Source of the DNA: Bolinopsis microptera
Taxonomy: Eukaryota
Length of the DNA stretch: 64,000 nucleotides
Assembly: GCF_026151205.1 (NCBI RefSeq)
Contig: NC_087080.1
Location: 4,874,797 to 4,938,796 of the forward strand
Reading direction: 5' to 3'
Part shown: one piece after another, positions 55,430 to 64,000 of the stretch
How the letters are laid out: each line of letters starts with the position of its first letter
How positions within the stretch are numbered: the first letter of the stretch is position 1
Translations under genes and position numbers: made by a program
The notes under the pieces: generated by a model
Told to the model about the DNA's origin: nothing
The model's database searches: none
The model's input: only the letters and a program-made list of their open reading frames with translations

Positions 55430-55980
55430 TTTTTCCCCCAATAGGCCGAAGAGAGACACTTTGTGTAACAAAATAAAAATGAAATCCTCTCCACACTCTC
55501 AACTAGAGCAACAACAAGTCGTTAGGGCAGCACCTGTCGTCCGTTTGTCTTCGATTTTTCCTTATATATATTGCAGGAACTGAGGAACTGTTTAGTTTCA
55601 CGGTTTGAGCCTCGCATTATAAGGCCTGACATCAGGTGTTAAGCCGAAGTACATATATTACTTTACTTGTTATTGCAGGTCACAGTTCAGAATAACCAGA
55701 TAATCACTCATGACTCATCCACAACTACGCACAGATTACAAATTACCCAGTGTTTTTTGTAGACGTAAACACATTTAAGCATCAAAACTAAAACATGTGA
55801 TTTTACCATTTTTAGATGATAAATTTATTTTTTGTTTTATCAGTGCTAAGTGTTTATTTTATCGTCTCACAGACTCACAGGACACCTTTGACATGGAAAG
55901 TTACCGACTGGAAGTGGTTAAAAATAAGTAGAAGTAGAAAAGAATAAAAAACACTGTAAGTTGGTACTTGGTTATAATCA
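55430..55980. repeat. Copy B of the about 530-bp dispersed duplicate
   Basis: See 52860-53390. Confidence 0.8.
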
Positions 55981-58235
55981 TTAGTGAAATTAGGGATTAT
56001 TGAAACAAGGTTATATTTTTACTGAAAAGTGACTTTTGTTGATTGTTTAATGCTTAGCATTAAAACTAAAACATGTGATTTTACCATTTTTGAAAATAAT
56101 CTCAGATCACATGACATGAAAAATTACCTACTGGTTGAAAATAAGTTGAAGTAGATAAGAATAAAAAAGATTGTACCTACTATTGATATAGTTGGTACTT
56201 GGTTAATGGTTATAAAAACCTCCGGGATACTGCCACTGATAAGTAACAGGATAGACCTTGCTATCGCAGTCGGGCATGTTACTTAAAAGTGCTAGAGATT
56301 AGAGATGCTTTAGAATTGATTCATTGAATATTTAACTAATTTATGGGATTTATTGTGGATCATTGATCAAAAGCGTTCATCTTATCGAATATTTTAGATT
56401 TTCACTCTTTTCGCCATTCAAATGGTTGCCTGTAAGGAACTTCATATAAAGCATTCGAAGGTCAATACCAAAGTGTATTAGCTGACGCGTTAAGCTTTAG
56501 GTACAAAAAGCTTCAATTCGAATATGGACAATGCTGAATAAATAAAAACACGTACAGCTAGAGTATATCTATAAAATAAATAGACAGTCCTACTTCTACT
56601 TGAAACGTGTGATGTTACGACAAAAACATGCACTGGATTGGAATTTTAAACTGTTTTATAATAGCCTGCAGTGAATTATTTTAAATATAATGTATATTCA
56701 ACAGAAATGAGAAATAGGAAGAGGACAGAGTTGTCTCCCAGAATAGCACCTTTGAGGCAAAACGTAGTGAATTTCTCGCAGTATAATGATTAACATTTAA
56801 CATGTGCATAATTTAAATTAGTGTGGTTACATACCCTTTACTTATCAAATGGTAAGAATTTTTAATAAGATTCATGACATAGTCATAGGCCAAATGCAAG
56901 CAAGGAATCCTCAGCAAAGTCAAGTAAACGAAGTGTGTGTAAACTGTAAAGAGAGTATATGGCGATGATGACAGTTTAGTTGTTGGTATGTAACGATACA
57001 TCATACCTATTCCAGACGCAGCTACTGAAGGTGTAAATTATTGATCTTCTGATATAAGATCTAGAAAAGATAGAATCAGACAACAAAGCATTACATTTCT
57101 TAACCTGGTAGTTTTTCTTGGCAGTAAATTGTTTACCTTATCGACCCTTATTTTTAAGCCACATTATGAAGAAGAAGCTTGTTTGGCCCTATTTATAGCG
57201 ACAAAATTGTGGATGTTGCAGGTAACGAGATTTTTTATTAGAATTAATTTGTGGACTCTATAAATACAAGTATAAACTGTTTAATAACAAATTGTACCAT
57301 TGAAACCATGATCAAGTTCAAACGTAAACAATGAAAACTTAGACTGTTACCTACTCTAAAATGTTCAAGAACACAACGTCACGACTAAATACGTAATGTT
57401 TATAAGATCAAAGAATGGTACCGGAGTAAGGACCACAATCTCGTGTGGTCTGTGGTCACGTGAACGAAGAAGTTTCCGAGAAAGCTATTTCAATGTTGTA
57501 CAATGTACGTTGCATCATACCATTACCAAGAACACAACTTCTTGGTATTATATTTATACACACGCCAAAGTTCGTAACTTAAGGAAGTCAAATGATCATA
57601 ACTGTGTTTCATGGATACAGATATTCAATATAAATGCAATATCTTCGTATGTTAGTTCGTAAGTTGGACAAAGATCGTTTCGCGGAAGACCCCAAGGATT
57701 ACACACTTTGATTTATAAAATGAACTAATACGAAGGGCCGCCAAAAAACAGACAAGTGCAGAAACCTGTGCCTGTAAACTACAGCCCCAAAAACCCTGAA
57801 ACCCTCCCCAGAACCCATACCAACCTCGAAATAAAAGACGATACATTTTGAGAGGAAGACATTAATGCTTTTCATACAAAGTTGCAACAAAGTCTTCATG
57901 TTATGTATCCTGGGTTTGGACAGGAATATTACCCGCTTAAAATATTTCCATCACGTTACATTATACCTACTCAATAAATGAAATAGATTTGTAGTGCTGT
58001 AATTAGTTACAAATGAAATGAGACTAAATAATTCAGTGACCAGTGTCGAGTGTCGACTGATATGGCCCCGATCCTGCAATTATTACTATAAGGAGACAAA
58101 TTCCTTTCAAGTCACTGCTCACTGCTAGGGAAAATGATATCAAATGAGGGACATCGCAATTATCTGATCAAGATCTAGCGATCTTTTTAATAGGTTGCTA
58201 TTTGTGTCCTTCATTAAGCAATGAAACATATTATA

Positions 58236-59122
58236 TATACCTTATCGGACTTTATTTGGACGGACATTAATTGAACGTTGGAGGCCCTAACGTTCATCTT
58301 AATGTCCGTTCAAATAAAGTCCGTTCATTTAAGGTCCGTCCAAGTTAAAGTCCGTTGAATTTTTTCAAAAATTTTCCACTTCGAACTTTTGGTCCATGAC
58401 AACTATGAGAACTTTATTGTGCCGTAAGTTAACGACGGAAAGGTTCTCCTTGGTCTGCCGGAGGCACAGAAAACTCTATTATATTATAGTATATGATGTT
58501 TTTAAGGGTCACTTGGCGGAAAAAGTCAACGAGATTATGGCACTCAACAATCTAGTTCATGAGCTAGTCCCGCCAACATGACAAACTTGTTCCAGCCTCT
58601 AGATATTACGGTAAATCATGTTGCCAAGGACATTTTCCGACGTTGCTATAGTTGAAGTTCATATTACTCAGGGGAGGTAATAAAACAGTGCTAGGAAAGC
58701 TCCACGTGATGTTATTGTTAAGGTTAACCTAAAAAAATAAAACCACTTCACGCCGAATGGTTTGTAAAAGTTAACACTGAAATGCAGGACTGGGGTAGTT
58801 TGATAAAAAAGGTTTCCATAGAAATCACTGATGCTTTAAGCATGGACTATTTCATGCACCCATTTCAAACCCATTTAATGAAGATGATATGTGATATTAG
58901 ACACTGATCATGTACACATATTTTAACATTTTTACTGCTTAACAACTGCTTTTCTTACTTACTGTATAAAAATGGATTTAAAAATCATTTGCTGGAATAA
59001 AAAAACGTCAAAAAAATTCTGATTTTGGATGGTTTTGAATGCCTTCTAGCGTTCGTATTAATGTCCGTTCATAATTATGTCCGTTCATTTAATGTCCGTC
59101 CAAATAAGGTCCGATAAGGTAG
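58236..59122. mobile_element. Candidate non-autonomous TIR element (about 890 bp) with about 35-bp TIRs ACCTTATCGGAC.TTATTTGGACGGACATTAA and internal GTCCGT-rich subrepeats
   Basis: 58236-58270 is the reverse complement of 59088-59122. Internal repeated aatgtccgttcaaataaagtccgttcatttaaggtccgtcc at 58290-58345 and 59055-59110. Confidence 0.4.
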
Positions 59123-59165
59123 CTTTTGTTTATATGTAGCGTGAGTTTGAACTGGTTATAGCCAA

Positions 59166-59450
59166 GTTAAATATACTAGCAGGAACCCGTCTAACCCTAA
59201 AATGGTGTCAAGACTCAAGAGACTAAAACAATTATTACCTATTTAATTCGCGTTTTTCACACCACTTGGGGTACCAAATTTTGGGCTCTAAAACTCCTAT
59301 TTCTTGGCCAATTTTTTATTTTTTCATGCTGATTTGGAGGCCATTAAAGCATTTGACCCAGTCAAAAAAGTTTCAGTTTTATATCTTTGACGGTTTTTGC
59401 AGAAATTCGCGTTAAAGTTGATGCCGTGGTGTCAGTAAAATGGCACAGAT
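59166..59450. repeat. Copy 2 of the about 320-bp SINE/MITE-like repeat, interrupted by the Tc1/mariner insertion (remainder at 61976-62010)
   Basis: Collinear with 38462-38745. The last 30 bp of the family consensus (tcgtctcgctttatatatagtaagat) resume at 61976. Confidence 0.7.
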
Positions 59451-60187
59451 AAATATATATATGGTGGCCCATGAAAGTGTACCCATCCTTATCTCTTAAA
59501 ATTGTTACAGGTCGCTGAGATCTTGCTAATTATTTTAAAAACAAAAAGTGGCATAACTTATGTTCTGATAAATATTTTTTATTCTAAATTTCACAGAATG
59601 TTAATAACAAGTAGATGAACCTTTGTGGCAAGTTTTGTGTGATTGAGAGCTTCACTGAGCTTATTTGACCAATTAAGCCCCTGAGCGAGCTAGCTTGAAT
59701 TTCTCACCCAGAACTGTTTACATTGGTTAAAAGAAACCACCAAAAAAAATCCTGGGTAAAAAAATTAAAAAACCACCGATTTATTTATGTTTTACCAATT
59801 CTATTCACCATGATGCATCGCACATTCCATTCGCTACACTGCTGTACAGTGTACATCCTATATTTTAACTGCAGATAAGGACTATCACAGATGATCCTTC
59901 CTGCTTGTTTATATCGTTCTGCTCACTTGCCTTAACAAATTTAAAATTATAGCTGGATGATTAGCCTACAATTTTATCGATTTTACAAACGGTGGTTTGA
60001 AATAGGTTTACAGCAGGTCAGCCGATTCCCATGAGATGAGTAAATAAACTTGAAAAGAAAACAAACGATAACGTAGATTTCCGGTCGATAATCCATAATC
60101 TTATGAATTCTCATGGGAATTTTACGATATCAGGGATAGATTTCCCCCTTAAAAGTCGCAACAATTTATTAACCATTAACGTTCATC

Positions 60188-61159
60188 ATGCCTCTACTAA
60201 CTCTCCAGCAACGGATATTTATTGTTTCTGAATCCAAGGATACCCCCTTCGCAGCTCTTATCCAACTGTTCATAGCGAAATTCCCTGGAATCACCCCCCC
60301 TACTAGGAAAGCAGTCTACAACCTTAAGAAGAAATTTACAGAACATGGTGTTGTCACCAACCGACAAAAGGATGCATCTGGTCCACCATCTACGGGAGTG
60401 ACCTTTGAGAACACTGTGGCTATAGTAGGATCTGTGGCAGACCACCCCAGGCAATCGACCAGAAGACGTTCGGCCAATCTTGGCATACCTAGGACGACTT
60501 TGCAACGCATTCTGAGGACTGAACTGAAACTGTACCCTTATGGCTGGACAGTTCACCACACTCTGCAGCTTCAGGATCCACCAGTTAGAGTACGCTTTGC
60601 TGACTGGTTGCTTCTGAAAGATTCCACAAACGAGGACTTTATCGGAAACATCTGGTGGACCGACGAAGCCAAGTTCTGCCTCCACGGTTCCGTCAACAGC
60701 CACAACGCAATACACTGGGGCAGCCAGAGACCTGACAGCGTGCAGCAGAGACCTACTCAGAACTCTCCAAAGCTGAACGTCTGGTGTGCGATCTCTTCTC
60801 ACGGAATCATCGGACCATACTTCTTCAAGGATGCAGCTGGTGCCACTGTAACTGTGAACGGAGATCGCTACCTACAGATGTTGCAGAGCTTCTTCATACC
60901 AGAACTCTTCAACTTCTGTGCACACCACGACCTGGATCCGTCTCTCATGAGCTTTATGCAGGACGGGGCGAGAGTGCACATCCCCAACCGCATTATTGAT
61001 TACATTGGTGACCAGTTTGGGAGCATGACGATCGGAGAGAAACTTGCTCAACACTGGCCAGCCCGCTCTCCTGACCTCACTCCTTGCGACTTCTTCCTGT
61101 GGGGATGGTTGAAGGATAAAGTCTACGAGAGTCTACCCATCTTCACCTTGCTGCTTTAG
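60188..61159 (+). CDS. Tc1/mariner transposase, mariner-like DDD triad with 41-residue D-D spacing (DD41D)
   Basis: 323 aa. N-terminal HTH region. WWTDEAKF (D1), MQDGARVH (D2), WPARSPDLTPCDFFLWG (D3). 41 residues between D2 and D3 by my count. Confidence 0.8.
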   Translation: MPLLTLQQRIFIVSESKDTPFAALIQLFIAKFPGITPPTRKAVYNLKKKFTEHGVVTNRQKDASGPPSTGVTFENTVAIVGSVADHPRQSTRRRSANLGIPRTTLQRILRTELKLYPYGWTVHHTLQLQDPPVRVRFADWLLLKDSTNEDFIGNIWWTDEAKFCLHGSVNSHNAIHWGSQRPDSVQQRPTQNSPKLNVWCAISSHGIIGPYFFKDAAGATVTVNGDRYLQMLQSFFIPELFNFCAHHDLDPSLMSFMQDGARVHIPNRIIDYIGDQFGSMTIGEKLAQHWPARSPDLTPCDFFLWGWLKDKVYESLPIFTLLL

Positions 61160-61286
61160 AAGTTGTCATTCGTCACAACTTGCGGAACATCCCCATAACT
61201 CACTGCCAGAACTCCTGTTTATCAGTAGCCAAGAGGATGGACGTCCTGAAGAGCCGAGGAGGTGGTCACATTGAGCACCTTCTCTA

Positions 61287-61388
61287 AACGGTGATTTTAA
61301 TCGCCAACACAAACGGTGATTTTAATCGCCAACACAAACGGTGATTTTAATCGCCAACACAAACGGTGATTTTAATCGCCAACACGGC
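61287..61388. repeat. 25-bp tandem repeat x4 (AAACGGTGATTTTAATCGCCAACAC) inside the transposon, 3' of the transposase
   Basis: Each unit is an imperfect palindrome (ggtgatt / aatcgcc). Confidence 0.9.
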
Positions 61389-62274
61389 GGGCAATGGATG
61401 AACCTTCTCGTGGTGCCTGTCGAGAAACGCAATTCAATTGATTTCAGTATCGATAAAATTGTAGGCTAATCATCCAGCTATAATTTTAAATTTGTCAAGG
61501 CAAGTGAGCAGAACGATATAAACAAGCAGGAAGGATCATCTGTGATAGTCCTTATCAGTTAAAATATAGGATGTACACTGTACAGCAGTCTGCAAAATGT
61601 ACACAGTCCAGAGAATGGAATGTGCGATGCATCATGGTGAATAGAATTGGTAAAACATAAATAAATCGGTGGTTTTTTAATTTTTTTTCCCAGGATTTTT
61701 TTTGGTGGTTTCTATTAACCAATGTAAACAGTTCTGGGTGAGAAATTAAAGCTAGCACACTCAGGAGCTAATTTTGTCAGACAAGCTCAGACTCACACAA
61801 AACTTAGCACGAAGTTGTGTCTAATTATGATTGACATTCTCTAAAAATTTGAAGCAAAAATATTAATCAGAACGTAAGTTATGGCGCTTTTCCATTCTGA
61901 AATAAAATAATTAGCAAGATCTCAGCGACCTGTAACAATTTTAAGAGATAAGGATGGGTAGACTTTCATGGGCCACCCTGTATATCGTCTCGCTTTATAT
62001 ATAGTAAGATACCATCCAATTGAATATTATTATTCACTCATCAAATGTTACAAATGTGCGAGTAGAGTGTGTGCTGTGTGATCAAATTCAAACAGTTTAA
62101 AAGGTAGTTGTAGAGTAGTGACGCAGCTAAATAATAAACAAGTACACTCACAGATGCAAACATGTGTATAAATTGACAAACTGATAAAAAAGGTGGTTTC
62201 ATGAGAGCATGAATTTATGATGACACACGTCACACGTGTGCGGTGTGTTATTTCGTACGATACAATCCCATTTC

Positions 62275-62436
62275 TGAGGGAACCATGCTCTGCATATTAT
62301 ATGGGAGGATATCGTATAATGATATGAGGGAACCATGCTCTGCATATTATATGGGAGGATATCGTATAATGATATGAGGGAACCATGCTATGCATATTAT
62401 ATGGGAGGATATCGTATAATGATATGACGACGAATC
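62275..62436. repeat. 54-bp tandem repeat x3
   Basis: gagggaaccatgctctgcatattatatgggaggatatcgtataatgatat x3. Confidence 0.9.
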
Positions 62437-62899
62437 AGTACAAGTTTACTCAGATTATGTCACAGGAAATTGTTATTTTGCAAGAACAAACAACTAACAA
62501 GGCTCGCATCAGATAACCATATTATGCTCTTAACAGTACCACATTGAAAGGTCTGATCGGAACAAACATCTGTTGGTCTGACTTGTTGGTTCTTTAAACG
62601 AGTAGTATATAGTATAACTGCTTCATCAGGTAGTGTATAATCAGACCCGCTCATGGTAGTCGGCGGTACTTTACGATTCCATAATTCCATTGCATCTGAA
62701 TATGACTTTGTGCATAATATATATTATCTTAACTTTGAGCTATTCAAAGCCGACGACCAGCTTATGACCTGATTAGCGTCCCAAATTGAACGAAAACTGC
62801 AACTATAGGGCTCATGCACGGTGCATACTGAATATTGTGTGCATATTATCATGATCGTGTAATTTCACAAGAAGCTGTGTGATTTATACGTTGGGTTAC

Positions 62900-63250
62900 A
62901 CAATTGCGTGTATCGGATTAAACTACGCATATCATTGTATCTCGTCGACTTGATAATACATCTATTGTAAGATATAATGCTTTTGTAAGAAAAATCTATT
63001 GTAAGATTGTGTCGTGATTAAAAAGCTATTATCAATATTACTAAAAATTAACGATTGGTATTGCAGATAAGACTATAAACTACAAAATAGAGTTACGCAT
63101 ACCATAGTAACTTAGTATCTCATCGACTTGAACATAGTAATACATATCATATTGTATAGCTTTTTGGTGATTGAAAAGCTATTATCAATATTATAATTAC
63201 TAAAGATAAATGATTGCTATCAGCTGATCATCACAAATAAGACTACAAAG
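62900..63250. repeat. Two diverged tandem copies of an about 170-bp unit
   Basis: ...acgcatatcattgtatctcgtcgacttgataatacat...aaaagctattatcaatattactaaaaattaacgattggtattgcagataagactataaac versus ...acgcataccatagtaacttagtatctcatcgacttgaacatagtaatacat...aaaagctattatcaatattataattactaaagataaatgattgctatcag...ataagactacaaag. Confidence 0.6.
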
Positions 63251-63799
63251 AATCGAAATATTATGTCATGCAGGTACCTATCAGCTCTATTTTAGCGTCC
63301 TAATGAAAAAGTCTGCTGGCCATAATAAATAATAATATGTTTATATTTATAATGAGCGTTGTCGCAGACAAATCCAACAGATGGCTCATAGTTAATACGT
63401 TTGTGAATTGTGCTGGGAACCTTCAGACTCAGTCATAGACTAAGGATAATGTCGATGATGATTAATCATTAATCAAGCTACACGTGACTATCAGTATCAC
63501 GTGACTAACTTTAATACGGTTTCTATGTGGCTCTGACGGACAAATTAAACTCTCCTCTGACCCCAACCCTATAAGTATAATACATATATATTATATATAT
63601 ATATGTATGTGTATTATGTATTATATAGAAGAATCCACAGAGTGGGACGACAGAACTATACTAAGTCGCCAAAATAGGCCGTTTCCAACTTCAACCAACA
63701 AAACGACGCCCATAACAGCAGCTTTTGGGAGTCTTAAATAACAGCCTGTCCAAACCCAGGCTACATAACATGAATACCTTGTATGAAATGCATTAATAT

Positions 63800-63900
63800 A
63801 TGATATAGGGTTGCCAACCGATATTATCGGCGATAATTTCCCAAAAATCGTTATCGATTATCGCGATAATTTTCGAGAATTATCGCGATAATCGACACAT
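63800..63900. repeat. Cluster of overlapping ATCGCGAT-type palindromes
   Basis: ccgatattatcggcgataatttcccaaaaatcgttatcgattatcgcgataattttcgagaattatcgcgataatcgac. Confidence 0.7.
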
Positions 63901-64000
63901 TTTTAGTAGGGTAAATTGGCCAACATTTAACATACTTTTCGAATTTGTTTCCCAGTACTAGCATAATTTGCAGTGTGATGGTTTTTTTTCGCATCTAGTA

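Larger units (their letters stand above)
59452..61975 (+). mobile_element. Tc1/mariner-superfamily DNA transposon with about 535-bp terminal inverted repeats and an intact transposase ORF
   Basis: Left arm 59452-59986 is the reverse complement of right arm 61447-61975 (for example ggcccatgaaagtgtacccatccttatctcttaaaattgttacaggtcgct). Inserted at a TA within the SINE-like repeat. Confidence 0.75.

Noticed and set aside
60197-60802. 201-aa minus-strand ORF opposite the transposase
   Set aside because: Antisense shadow ORF of the Tc1/mariner transposase with no independent support.

Overview
This is invertebrate metazoan nuclear DNA (about 38% GC, spliced genes, abundant tandem repeats and transposons). 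It is not prokaryotic, and I found no operons or CRISPR. Three protein-coding genes sit on the + strand in a dense repeat background. (1) A five-exon viperin/RSAD2 orthologue at 19130-21181 with an intact radical-SAM CxxxCxxC motif. (2) Directly downstream, a large multi-exon PARP4 (vault PARP)-like gene from about 23533 to at least 37118: BRCT N-terminus, degenerate PARP catalytic exons, then one 4.1-kb exon encoding VIT + vWA + two ubiquitin-like domains + a near-canonical ubiquitin ending LRLRGG + acidic/Ser/Gly/Asp low-complexity tracts, which runs in frame into a complete HSP70 substrate-binding-domain beta sandwich that lacks the ATPase domain. This chimeric architecture is the most unusual object in the window. 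(3) A five-exon M1 aminopeptidase-N-like gene at 44720-49466 whose intron 4 carries a 1.1-kb minisatellite made from amplified copies of its own exon-4 splice donor. On the - strand there is a single-exon divergent 7TM GPCR (49953-51005) and a C2H2 zinc-finger gene (28223-29479) nested antisense in a PARP4-like intron, next to a partial duplicate of its finger array and an L1-type ORF1p-like ORF. Mobile elements include a Penelope-like element (RT + GIY-YIG) with a frameshift, a full-length non-LTR LINE (ORF1 with three CCHC knuckles, ORF2 with APE + RT) plus a 5'-truncated tandem copy, a long-TIR Tc1/mariner-like element (DD41D) inserted into a SINE/MITE-like repeat, several MITE families, a foldback-like structure around a 2.2-kb (TCC)n array, a 405-bp satellite, and many near-identical minisatellites. 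Exon coordinates are inferred by eye from protein homology and GT/GC-AG signals and should be treated as approximate.
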